Shown here: piece after piece, positions 9,665 to 18,380 of the stretch | Layout: the number at the start of each line of letters is the position of its first letter | How positions within the stretch are numbered: position 1 is the first letter of the stretch | Source: a virus | Taxonomy: Duplodnaviria > Heunggongvirae > Uroviricota > Caudoviricetes | Direction: 5' to 3' (one strand) | Virus record (IMG/VR): IMGVR_UViG_3300033062_000614 | Length of the DNA: 64,000 bases | Notes under the pieces: model-generated | Databases searched by the model: none | What the model was told of the DNA's origin: nothing | The model's input: the letters and a program-made list of their open reading frames with translations, nothing else | Made by a program: the position numbers and the translations under genes

Positions 9665-12582
9665 AGATATTGATTGTAGCTGACCCACATTTGCATACCT
9701 GGTCTTCCTTTAACCTAAACAAAGCTTCAGAGTTGTCGAGGCGTTTGCAAGAACAGGACGATATTCTATCCCAAATATGTAACCTAGCAGAAGATAGAAA
9801 GGTTGACTCTGTAGAGATATTGGGAGACATATTCCATAAGGTTGGAGAGATACCTGTATTGTGCTTGAATATCTTTGATACTTTTCTAACTACTTTAGAT
9901 GATTTGGAGATACCTTATCATATTACTACAGGAAACCACGATTTAGTAGTTAGAGATAATCCTGAATGGTATCACTCTGCAACTCAACTTTTTGATAAAT
10001 GCGATGACGAGGTATACGGTCAGCTCAAAATTAAGCGTGTAGGGTATTCGGAGCACTTAGATTACGACCAAGTTAAGGGTTATGACCTAGTGTTTTTACA
10101 CAAGACCCCGTATGGGTCGAAGTATGGAAACTATACCTTTGATGAGGGTGTAGATTGGAAGACGCTGTCTGAAAACAACCGCTTGGTATTCTTTGGACAT
10201 ATACACGAAAGACAAGAGCTTTCAAAGAACTGTATTGTAGTAGGCTCTCCTATGCACTTAACCTTTGGCGATGTGGGAGAGAGGGGTGTATATATTGTAG
10301 ATACCGATACTTGGTCTATTGAATTCATCAAACTCAAATATCCTGAGTTTAGAAATGTTGAAAGCCTGTCAGAAGTTCAGGATTCATACAACTACTATAA
10401 GGTCAAAAATGTTAGAGGACAAGTTTCTACTGTTAGTAATGTTATTAGTGTTTCTGTGCCTGATTTCTTCGATGAACGATTGAAGTCTGATTCGTTTGAT
10501 GGTATTCTCAAAGAGTGGCTTCAGTTAAATCAAAAAGATGAAACTTACTTAGAGCTTATCAAAGATTTGGCGGTTGAGAAGTTTAAGCTAGCAAAACAGG
10601 TATTTCAGGGCGTTCTAGCTTCAGTTAAGGTAAAAGACTTTATGAGCATAGATAAGGCTACCTACCAAGTGAGGAAAGGCTTTATCCTTGTTAAGGGACG
10701 CAATGAGAGCTTCTCTTCCAATGGGGCGGGTAAGACCTCTTTGTTTGAGGCAATCTTTTGGGGACTTTTTGGAGAAACTACTAAGGGGCTAACTGGAGAT
10801 GATGTAATACGTAGAGGTCAAAAAGATTGCGTTGTAGAGCTAACTCTCATAAACGACAAGGGAATGTATTTAGTAAGGCGTAGCCGTAAGGCAGGGCTTA
10901 GCATAGTTATACCTGCAGATGCGGACGATGACGTAGTATTAGGGCTTAGAAAGACTGACCAGCAGACTTTGCTAGAAGAGAAGATTTTGGGCTTTGATAA
11001 AAATGTCTTTTTGGCAAGTTGCTATTTTAGTCAAGAGAACCTAGTAATGTTGACGGGTATGTCAGATACCGAGAAGACTAATACTATTACTAGCTTACTA
11101 GGTTTTGAAGTCTATGACGACTTATATGACGGAGTCTTTGATAGAATGAAAGACTTCGAGAAAGATATAGTAGACCGCAAAGTAGATGTAGAATTCCAAG
11201 AGAAGCTAGTAATTCAACAGAAGACAGAACTTGAAGGCTTAGAACGTATGGTGCAAGAGAAGCAAGATGAGATTAAGTATTATCAAAATCGTATCATAGA
11301 GGTTCAAAACAATATTGTAACCTATAAACAAGCTCTCCAAAAGGTTGAAACGATTGAAACGATTGACTACGATGCTATCTTGAAAGAGCTATACGATATG
11401 GAGCAAATTTTCAATAATCAAAAAGATAGTATTGATGAGTTTATTTCTAATCTAGACCAGAAAGACTTTCAAACTAAGACCAGACAAAGAGAGCTTCAAG
11501 CTATTCGGGGTCAATACAAGATTAACATAGTATCCTTACAAAGAGAGATTACAGCTTTGGAGGAGTTGAAGTTTGGTGAGCGTTGCGATAAGTGCGGGGC
11601 TATTATATCCGAAGCCAATGCCGAGATTTTCAAACACGACAAGGCTAAGGAGATTGAAGATATTATTGAGGTAAAGATTAAGGATATGGACTCCGAGTTC
11701 AGCGGTCTTGAGGTTACTAAGATGTCCATTGACAGGGCTAGAGTTGACCTTGACGAGAAGAGAAAGTCTGTCTTTGAGAAGCTTAACAAGGTTAGAAACG
11801 ATACTAGAGAGTCCTTGACCGAGAAGTTAGTATACCAAGCTAAGGTTCAAGATATTTCTAGCCGAAGGGGAGACTTAGAGTATAAGCTACGAGATTGTGA
11901 CAAGTCTATCAGTGATTACTCTGGTCGTATAGAAGAGATTGATGAGAAGATTAAGAAGCTTTGGGATGAAAAAGATATTAAACAAAAGGCTTTAGGAGAT
12001 GTAGAGAAACGAATAACAGAGCTTAATTGGATGATAGACAAAACCCAAAAGGGTATAGAGGCTCTAGACTTTTGGAAAGTTGCCTTCTCTCCAAAGGGTA
12101 TACGGGTTTTGTTATTAGATAGGTTCTGTAATGAGATAAACTCAATTGTTAATAACTACCTAGCTTCAATTAGCAACGGTTCTATGTCATTGGTAATCAA
12201 ACCTACCTCTATATTAAAGTCTGGCGAAGAACGCAATAAGTTAGGACTAGATATACTTCTAGGTGGGGTAGTTGTTAAATATGAATCGTTGTCTGGTGGA
12301 GAGAAGAGGCGGGTAGATGTAGCTCTTTGCTTAGGGCTTAACGAATATATAAGTAAGCGGTTTAACCTAAAGAACGGCTTGCTAGGTTTCTTAATACTAG
12401 ATGAAATCTTCAGCTATTTGGATTCAAGCGGTGAGGAAAGTATAGGGTCTTTACTATATCAAGAGGGCTTAAAGAAAGCAATCTTTGTTATATCCCATAC
12501 CGATGAATTGACAAACTATGCGGCAGATACTTGGACTGTTTCTAAAGTTAATGGAGTCTCAACATTGGAGTTGACACATTGA
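9661..12582 (+). CDS. Fused SbcD/Mre11-like nuclease – SbcC/Rad50-like ATPase (gp47–gp46-like in one polypeptide)
   Basis: N-terminal calcineurin-like phosphoesterase motifs 'VADPHLH', 'LGDIFHK', 'TGNHD', 'GHIHE'. Then Walker A 'GRNESFSSNGAGKTSLFEAI', a long coiled coil with zinc hook 'CDKCG', ABC signature 'LSGGEKRR', Walker B 'LILDEIF' and H-loop 'VISHTDE'. Confidence 0.85.
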   Translation: MKILIVADPHLHTWSSFNLNKASELSRRLQEQDDILSQICNLAEDRKVDSVEILGDIFHKVGEIPVLCLNIFDTFLTTLDDLEIPYHITTGNHDLVVRDNPEWYHSATQLFDKCDDEVYGQLKIKRVGYSEHLDYDQVKGYDLVFLHKTPYGSKYGNYTFDEGVDWKTLSENNRLVFFGHIHERQELSKNCIVVGSPMHLTFGDVGERGVYIVDTDTWSIEFIKLKYPEFRNVESLSEVQDSYNYYKVKNVRGQVSTVSNVISVSVPDFFDERLKSDSFDGILKEWLQLNQKDETYLELIKDLAVEKFKLAKQVFQGVLASVKVKDFMSIDKATYQVRKGFILVKGRNESFSSNGAGKTSLFEAIFWGLFGETTKGLTGDDVIRRGQKDCVVELTLINDKGMYLVRRSRKAGLSIVIPADADDDVVLGLRKTDQQTLLEEKILGFDKNVFLASCYFSQENLVMLTGMSDTEKTNTITSLLGFEVYDDLYDGVFDRMKDFEKDIVDRKVDVEFQEKLVIQQKTELEGLERMVQEKQDEIKYYQNRIIEVQNNIVTYKQALQKVETIETIDYDAILKELYDMEQIFNNQKDSIDEFISNLDQKDFQTKTRQRELQAIRGQYKINIVSLQREITALEELKFGERCDKCGAIISEANAEIFKHDKAKEIEDIIEVKIKDMDSEFSGLEVTKMSIDRARVDLDEKRKSVFEKLNKVRNDTRESLTEKLVYQAKVQDISSRRGDLEYKLRDCDKSISDYSGRIEEIDEKIKKLWDEKDIKQKALGDVEKRITELNWMIDKTQKGIEALDFWKVAFSPKGIRVLLLDRFCNEINSIVNNYLASISNGSMSLVIKPTSILKSGEERNKLGLDILLGGVVVKYESLSGGEKRRVDVALCLGLNEYISKRFNLKNGLLGFLILDEIFSYLDSSGEESIGSLLYQEGLKKAIFVISHTDELTNYAADTWTVSKVNGVSTLELTH

Positions 12583-13355
12583 GTTTCTGTATAGCTATAC
12601 CTTCAAAGGGTCATCTTGACGCTAAGGTTTTCAAGCTCTTGGATAAATACTACCAAGACTTAAAGCCTCAGACCTTTGTCTTTACTTTGCCTTCAGACTA
12701 CGAGGCTTACAAACAGACTTTGGACTTTAACATAGTAAAGCTACCTCAAGATGGTAAGGGTATAGGGTTTGCTAGGCATCATATTGTAGATTACTGCAAG
12801 AGCCATAACTTTGATTATGTTTGGATGCTTGATGATGCAATTACCAATGTGTTGGCTAAGGTCAACCCTAAGAGGTATCGGGTATCTAAGGTTAGAACTA
12901 GGGTCTTTGAAGAAGGAGTTAAGCTAGCACAGAAGCTAGACATATCATTACTAGGTGTAGCCTTCTCCTTTATGGGGCGGTTTCACGATGCCGAGTTGTT
13001 TGATGTTGGAGATGTTGATGCCTTTGCTCTCTATAAGATAGATGACGTTCTAGAGGTAGGCAACTTTGATAACAACTTGAGGTTTCTACCAGAGTCCGAT
13101 ATCAACTTCAAGCTAAGGCTTGCTAAGAAAAAAGTCAACTGTTGGTTTGAATATGCCTTCAACCAAAAGGTTGTAGTAGACCGAACACCTGAGTATATTG
13201 CAACTAGGCAAAAGTATATTGAGATAATGCTAAAGAGGTATCCTGGTATTATCAAGTTGTGGGATAAACACGATGGCTTTCCCCGCATAAAGACTAATTG
13301 GAGATACCTACGAAATGCCGCAAAATTTGACGGCAAGTTTCCAAAGGAGGTGTAG
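12579..13355 (+). CDS. hypothetical protein, possible GT-A-fold (GT2-like) glycosyltransferase
   Basis: 'CIAIPSKGH…GKGIGFARHHIVDYCKSHNFDYVWMLDDA' fits the GT-A core pattern (β1 'IPS…', 'G.G.ARN.G…dY..flDdD' DxD motif). TTG start overlapping upstream stop. Confidence 0.3.
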   Translation: MSFCIAIPSKGHLDAKVFKLLDKYYQDLKPQTFVFTLPSDYEAYKQTLDFNIVKLPQDGKGIGFARHHIVDYCKSHNFDYVWMLDDAITNVLAKVNPKRYRVSKVRTRVFEEGVKLAQKLDISLLGVAFSFMGRFHDAELFDVGDVDAFALYKIDDVLEVGNFDNNLRFLPESDINFKLRLAKKKVNCWFEYAFNQKVVVDRTPEYIATRQKYIEIMLKRYPGIIKLWDKHDGFPRIKTNWRYLRNAAKFDGKFPKEV

Positions 13356-13356
13356 T

Positions 13357-14325
13357 ATGATTAGGTTTCACGAATTGAAGACTGAAGAGGTAACTACTAG
13401 GCTAGCATCTGTGGAAGTGAAGGGAACAGAGATTCTGTCGCACGTCAACCTTAGCAACAACTATGATATTCGCTTTGCTCCTAGCTCTGCACCAGATACC
13501 ACATTGGGGTATAATTTGAAAGACTTCTTGCGACCGCTTGGCAGGGCAGGAAGAGTTATGTATGAAGAGAAAAACTACGAGAGTTTGAAAAACTTTTTAA
13601 CAACCTATTGGGCTTACAAGGGTGAGCCGAAGGTTGCCTTCGATGTTATTAAAGGTGTAGAGGACGAAGGATTTGACTGCCTAACACTTAGGAACAGGCT
13701 AGTTAGGGATGGGGACGAGCACATAGCCCTTCAAGACTTCTTAAGCAGGGTGCCTATTGATAAGATAAAGGATAAGCTCAACCGCTTAGTAGTCTCTGGA
13801 GATGGAGACCATATAGAGCTTCAGTTCTTAGCTCAAGGTAGTCGAAAGGAGGTCAAGGCTGGAGATTTTCTAGACCCAGGAGTATTTGTTAGGCTTAATG
13901 GGTCAGTTGAAGTATCTCCTGGGGTCAACCGCTTGGTATGCACTAATGGGTTAGTTGATAGGATGAACCTCTGGGAAGCAACCGAGTTCGACTTCTTGAC
14001 TGATAGGGATATGTTTCAGAGGGCTTTAAGCCTAGCCGATTGGCTTATTAGCAAGGCTGGACATAGGGTCAACTCTGTTAGGGAAATTTCCGCTGCGTTT
14101 GGTGATGCCTATAGAAAGTCTCTGTTGAACAAGTTTTGGAAGTCTTGGAGCGAAAAGATTGAGCTCAAAGAGTTGATGTGGTATGATGTAATTGCGGACT
14201 TAACAAGCTATGCTAACAAGACCCTTAGCAACGAACGGTATAAGTTGTTAGAGATACCGCAATTGGTAACGCACTTTGAAAAGGAATCGTGCTGCCCTAC
14301 GTGCAGTGCGGCAATTAAAGGCTAA
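13357..14325 (+). CDS. hypothetical protein
   Basis: RBS AAAGGAGGTG then ATG 13357 is preferred over the overlapping track start 13315. C-terminal CCPTC. No recognised domain. Confidence 0.45.
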   Translation: MIRFHELKTEEVTTRLASVEVKGTEILSHVNLSNNYDIRFAPSSAPDTTLGYNLKDFLRPLGRAGRVMYEEKNYESLKNFLTTYWAYKGEPKVAFDVIKGVEDEGFDCLTLRNRLVRDGDEHIALQDFLSRVPIDKIKDKLNRLVVSGDGDHIELQFLAQGSRKEVKAGDFLDPGVFVRLNGSVEVSPGVNRLVCTNGLVDRMNLWEATEFDFLTDRDMFQRALSLADWLISKAGHRVNSVREISAAFGDAYRKSLLNKFWKSWSEKIELKELMWYDVIADLTSYANKTLSNERYKLLEIPQLVTHFEKESCCPTCSAAIKG

Positions 14326-14327
14326 AG

Positions 14328-14918
14328 ATGCCTACTGGTATTTACGAAAGAACAGTTTCTCATAAAAAAGCAATATCTCGAAGCCTTAAAAATAAGGTTG
14401 GGTTTGGAAAACATATGATTGGAAAGAAATTTACATTAGTTACAAGGTTACGTATGTCTCAATCGCAGATGGGACACAAAGGTTTTTGGCTAGGTAAAAA
14501 GAGAAATCAAGAATATTGTGACAGATTGTCTGCGATTATGAAAGAAGTTGTCAAAAAACGTAAACCTGAGCATATTCAAAAGTTTCTATCTAAAATGTGT
14601 GCAAGACCTAATTGCAACGAGCTTCGAGGGTTACAATATCTTGAATCAATCTATCCTGGTAAGTTTAAGTATTGTGGGGATGGCTCAGTTCTTATCAATG
14701 GAAAGTCTCCTGATGCAATTTCTGAAGAACTACATACAGTAGTTTTGTTTCACGGAACTTACTTCCATCTAAAAGGAGAGGAGGTGAATGACTTTAATAA
14801 GTATTTGACTGAGCAAGTAGACCAACTTCCTTTTAGGGAAGCAGGTTGGAATGTAATTGTTTTGTGGGAAGATGAGTTAAGATTAAAGACTAAAGGAGGA
14901 TATTATGTTAATAATTGA
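14328..14918 (+). CDS. Homing-endonuclease-like protein: NUMOD3-type DNA-binding motifs with C-terminal DUF559/Vsr-like PD-(D/E)xK nuclease domain
   Basis: N-terminal 'SHKKAISRSLKNK' and 'GHKGFWLGKKRN' resemble NUMOD3 repeats of phage homing endonucleases. C-terminal 'VVLFHGTYFHLKG…EAGWNVIVLWEDEL' matches the DUF559/Vsr-like terminal 'G…W…WE.E' signature. It is inserted between unrelated genes. Confidence 0.4.
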   Translation: MPTGIYERTVSHKKAISRSLKNKVGFGKHMIGKKFTLVTRLRMSQSQMGHKGFWLGKKRNQEYCDRLSAIMKEVVKKRKPEHIQKFLSKMCARPNCNELRGLQYLESIYPGKFKYCGDGSVLINGKSPDAISEELHTVVLFHGTYFHLKGEEVNDFNKYLTEQVDQLPFREAGWNVIVLWEDELRLKTKGGYYVNN

Positions 14919-15414
14919 AGGGCTTAAAGACATAAAAGCAGTGTTGCGTAAGATGGAAGACCTGCGCAACAAGATACAGAAATATTGTGCAGACCTTGAC
15001 ATCCAGAGTCTTGCTTATCCTGACCAGAAGAAACAGATTTCTGAATGGTTGCAGGCTCACCACGACTTGGCACTAAAAATGACCGAGTTGAAGGCAAGTA
15101 TACAAGCGACCAACCTAGCTACACAGATTACTATCAAGGTTGGGGAAAATGATGTAACAAGGTCAATCGCTGAGTGGGTTATACGTAGGCGTGAGATTAT
15201 TGACCTTGAGGTTCAGGCTTGGAGTAGGCTCTCCGAGAGAGGACTTCAAGACAATCAGATTAGAACTCAAGCTGGAGATACCCAAGTTGTGAAAGTTAGG
15301 CGTTACTATGACTCTGCTGAAAGAGATAAGCAGATGGAGATTTTGACTCAAGAGAAAACGAATATTGACAAGGCTCTTGAGATTGCTAACGCTACTACTA
15401 AGCTAGTAGCCTAA
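14905..15414 (+). CDS. hypothetical coiled-coil protein
   Basis: RBS AAAGGAGGA then ATG. Sequence is α-helical and charged. Confidence 0.45.
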   Translation: MLIIEGLKDIKAVLRKMEDLRNKIQKYCADLDIQSLAYPDQKKQISEWLQAHHDLALKMTELKASIQATNLATQITIKVGENDVTRSIAEWVIRRREIIDLEVQAWSRLSERGLQDNQIRTQAGDTQVVKVRRYYDSAERDKQMEILTQEKTNIDKALEIANATTKLVA

Positions 15415-15795
15415 GTAAAACAGCTCTTTGAAAACCTGACGGGTAAGAGATAAAAACTGTAATCCAATGAAGCGAAGACTATGCGAAAGTTAGTCAATTG
15501 GATATTAACCAATGACAGGATGATATTCCTGAAGAATATCAAACTATCGGAAGTGCACGCTGGACAACCCAGCAGACCTAAGACTCAAGGCTCAGGACTC
15601 AAGAATTAAGCTACGCAAGACTTAGGGATGAGGGTTTAAGGCTAAAGGCGAGATGGTCACACCCCTGCCAAAAGCAATGGGTGATGTTTAACATCGTTGA
15701 CGCCCAATGTCCTGGAGTAAGTTAGGTTCTTCATTGCCGCACAGAACTTTCTAGGCTTCCTTATTCGGTCAGGCTTTTCTAATTATGAGGTTCTA

Positions 15796-16305
15796 ATGAT
15801 TTCTATAGGTATAGATAATGGAGTTTCTGGGTCAATTGGAATCATAAATTCTGATGGTATAGCTTGGTATTACGAAACCCCTGTTAAGAAGGAGTTGAGC
15901 TACACTAAGTCAAAGAAATGGATTCATAGAATTAATGGTATAGCTTTGCTAGAACTATTGTCCAACTATGCAGGTCAGAAAGTGTTTGCCTATATTGAAA
16001 GACCGCTAGTCAATCCTGGTATGTTTAAGGCTACTATGAGTGCTATAAGGGCACTCGAAGCTACCTTAATAGTTATTGAACAGTTGAAGATACCTTATGC
16101 TTATATAGATTCAAAAGAATGGCAAAAGGAGCTTTTGCCTCACGGCTTAGAGGGTTCTAGTGAGTTGAAAAAGGCATCGCTACAGATAGGGCAGAGGCTC
16201 TTTCCTCAAATAGATTTCAAAGGGTTTCACGATGCTGACGGTTTGTTGATAGCGGAATGGGGGCGTAGAAATGCAAATAGACTTAATCCAGAGCCGAATA
16301 AATGA
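15796..16305 (+). CDS. RuvC-like Holliday junction resolvase (putative)
   Basis: 'MISIGIDNGVSGSIGII' resembles the RuvC N-terminal 'ILGIDPGSRVTGYGV' catalytic-Asp strand. C-terminal 'HDADGLLIAEWG' resembles the RuvC 'DAADALAIA' catalytic region. Confidence 0.5.
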   Translation: MISIGIDNGVSGSIGIINSDGIAWYYETPVKKELSYTKSKKWIHRINGIALLELLSNYAGQKVFAYIERPLVNPGMFKATMSAIRALEATLIVIEQLKIPYAYIDSKEWQKELLPHGLEGSSELKKASLQIGQRLFPQIDFKGFHDADGLLIAEWGRRNANRLNPEPNK

Positions 16306-16426
16306 CGGCATTTGTCCAATATGTTGTAGGGAGATAGATACTAAGAAAGAGGAGACTTACAAACTTGTTTCAGACCCTAAGTATGGGGTTGTAACTATTT
16401 GTTCAAATCATACAGCAGGAGGTCAA

Positions 16427-16606
16427 GATGTATTGGGAAAAGATAGTTGATGGGTTCTTTTTGGGAATTGGATTTGTATATGGTAGCATAGCAGGAACGA
16501 TTATCCTAATCGCTGCGTTGTTAGTATTAGGGTTAATTGGTCTTGTAATTGCAGGTGGATTGTCTCGTAAAAGTTACAAGTGGACTGAAAAGGAGGGTGT
16601 AAAATG
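16427..16606 (+). CDS. small membrane protein (59 aa, below track cutoff)
   Basis: AGGAGG RBS 8 nt upstream of ATG. The translation 'MYWEKIVDGFFLGIGFVYGSIAGTIILIAALLVLGLIGLVIAGG…' has two hydrophobic helices. ATGA overlap with the next gene. Confidence 0.4.
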
Positions 16607-16948
16607 AACAAGTTGAGCACAGTAGTTGATATGACTGGTGTAAATGAAGGAAGACCTGAAACTGATAATCCTATGACATCGTTCGATGTTACGGCTAATG
16701 TTTGCAAGAATATTATGTTTGCTTATGCTCAGGGCACGAGAGGTTTGACGGGTGAAGAGAGAAAGCAGTATAACCGTATCTGCAAGGCTTTGGACGAAGC
16801 TATAAAAGGGAGTCTGGAAGTTGTAGAGCTAGATGACCAAGATGCTGGGTTTCTTAAGAAATGCCGTAGAGAAGCTCGTATGATGCCTTCTGATGTTCTC
16901 GAACGGGTTGAAAACAACATTGACGCAATGGTTAGAATTAAGGAGTAG
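16604..16948 (+). CDS. hypothetical protein
   Basis: RBS AAAAGGAGGGTG then ATG. No motif. Confidence 0.45.
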   Translation: MNKLSTVVDMTGVNEGRPETDNPMTSFDVTANVCKNIMFAYAQGTRGLTGEERKQYNRICKALDEAIKGSLEVVELDDQDAGFLKKCRREARMMPSDVLERVENNIDAMVRIKE

Positions 16949-16952
16949 TTGT

Positions 16953-17126
16953 ATGGTATTCGCTCATATCTGTTGTCTTTGTAACAAGACTATCAAACTG
17001 CCATACCGTCAAGATGGAATGTTTATATGCAATTGGTGTGTGGATAAACTACGTAAACTTCTGGGCATAAAGGTCGAAATGCCAGATAGAAAGGCAGTTA
17101 AAGCTAGTCATACACTCTGTGATTAG
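16953..17126 (+). CDS. small zinc-finger protein
   Basis: RBS TAAGGAG then ATG 16953; the track start 16893 overlaps the upstream gene. 'CCLC…CNWC' is a two-CxxC zinc ribbon. Confidence 0.4.
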   Translation: MVFAHICCLCNKTIKLPYRQDGMFICNWCVDKLRKLLGIKVEMPDRKAVKASHTLCD

Positions 17127-17135
17127 GGAGGAGTA

Positions 17136-17366
17136 ATGAGTAATGAGCAAGTTATAACCTTAGCAATTCATAAGATAAGGGAGGGGCTTACGCTTTTAGC
17201 TGACGCTTGCCACATAGAAGAAAATGTTGGCAGTGAGGTCAGCTGTTTTTTTAAGCGTAATGGAGATGGAATGAACTTTGATAGTATAGTTATTAGACAG
17301 ACCGACAAACTCTGTCGCAGAAAATTGCCTAGACTTGAAATCAATGGTAAGGAGAGAAAGAAATGA
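17136..17366 (+). CDS. hypothetical protein
   Basis: RBS AGGGAGGAG then ATG. Confidence 0.4.
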   Translation: MSNEQVITLAIHKIREGLTLLADACHIEENVGSEVSCFFKRNGDGMNFDSIVIRQTDKLCRRKLPRLEINGKERKK

Positions 17367-17554
17367 TTGAGGAAGGTTCTTTAGTTGAGGTTTCAATAGG
17401 CTTTCCTGGTCGTCCTTATACGGGTGAGATGTTATCAGGGAAGTATATAGATTACACAGACCAATTTCTTAGGTTAGAAGACCCTAAAACTAATCTTGAA
17501 GCTTGGATACCTTGGGATAAGGTATTGAAAATTGTGGAGGTGGAGAAAAAATGA
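17363..17554 (+). CDS. hypothetical protein
   Basis: ATGA coupling, RBS GGAGAGAAAG. Confidence 0.4.
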   Translation: MIEEGSLVEVSIGFPGRPYTGEMLSGKYIDYTDQFLRLEDPKTNLEAWIPWDKVLKIVEVEKK

Positions 17555-18009
17555 ACTGCCCAGAGTGTGGAATAGAAGTAGTTGTAGGTGGGGACGATAG
17601 AGAAGGAACTCACTATTACGAGCCTGTCAATAAAGCTCTAGCCCTAGTAGTGCACGATTATAAGATACCATTTTACTGCACTATGTGCAATGCTTTGAAG
17701 TTTCCTATGAAAGCTCATAACAACTATGTAGTAGTTTGGGAACCGCTCCCAGATGTTATTAATGGTATCATTATACCTGATGATGCAAAGAAGGGCTTTA
17801 GAAAAGGGCTAGGTGTAATACTATCTTCAGGCTCTGGGGTATATAATAAGGAACTCAAGAGATACGTTCCTAATGTTACAAAGCCAGGAGATGTAGTATA
17901 CTACGACCGTTCTGTGCCTTGGGTTGTTGAAGCTTATGGAGTTGATGGAAAATTGTATGAGGTTCCCATAATGCCAGAACAAGACATAAAGGCTTGGGTA
18001 AGTGAATAG
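17551..18009 (+). CDS. Zinc-ribbon–GroES-like co-chaperonin fusion (gp31/Cpn10-like)
   Basis: The C-terminal ~95 aa align by eye with E. coli GroES. 'IIIPDDAKKGFRKGLGVILSSGSG' matches '[22 protein letters not shown]', 'VKPGDVVYYD' matches 'VKVGDIVIFND', and 'GKLYEVPIMPEQDIKAWVS' matches 'NEEVLIMSESDILAIVE'. N-terminal 'CPECG…CTMC' is a zinc ribbon. Confidence 0.6.
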   Translation: MNCPECGIEVVVGGDDREGTHYYEPVNKALALVVHDYKIPFYCTMCNALKFPMKAHNNYVVVWEPLPDVINGIIIPDDAKKGFRKGLGVILSSGSGVYNKELKRYVPNVTKPGDVVYYDRSVPWVVEAYGVDGKLYEVPIMPEQDIKAWVSE

Positions 18010-18020
18010 GAGGTGAATAT

Positions 18021-18380
18021 ATGAAATTGAAGCGTGGATTTACTTTGGTTGAGGTTCTGATAGTTGTAGCGATTATTAGTTTGTTGGCTGCGATTGCTAT
18101 ACCGAATATGCAAGCATCGAGAGCTAAAGCAGGGCTACCGCCTTTGGGCTCTCATATACATAGAGAGGTAGCTCGCAATGCGGGAGGGGGTGATATTATG
18201 TTTAGGTTTGCTGAGTTACTTGTGATAATTGCGTTGTTGTATTTGATAGTAAACTTGTTGAGATATGCATTCTTTAGAACCAGCTCTGATGGTCATTGGC
18301 TATTTGGGCTCTCAGATGTTTGGGTAAAGAAAGATGAAACTAAGAAAAATGAAAGTGAATCTGAAAGGAGACGAAGATGA
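18021..18380 (+). CDS. Type IV prepilin-like protein (class III signal peptide)
   Basis: 'MKLKRG|FTLVEVLIVVAIISLLAAIAIPN' is a textbook prepilin leader: basic leader, Gly-1, Phe+1, Glu+5 and a hydrophobic helix. A second TM helix follows, then a basic C-tail. Confidence 0.65.
   Translation: MKLKRGFTLVEVLIVVAIISLLAAIAIPNMQASRAKAGLPPLGSHIHREVARNAGGGDIMFRFAELLVIIALLYLIVNLLRYAFFRTSSDGHWLFGLSDVWVKKDETKKNESESERRRR

Noticed and set aside
15415-15795. Possible group I intron or tRNA in the ORF-free region near the homing-endonuclease-like gene
   Set aside because: The flanking ORFs are complete and not split. No P7-type conserved core or tRNA cloverleaf (T-loop GTTCRANYC) could be found by eye.
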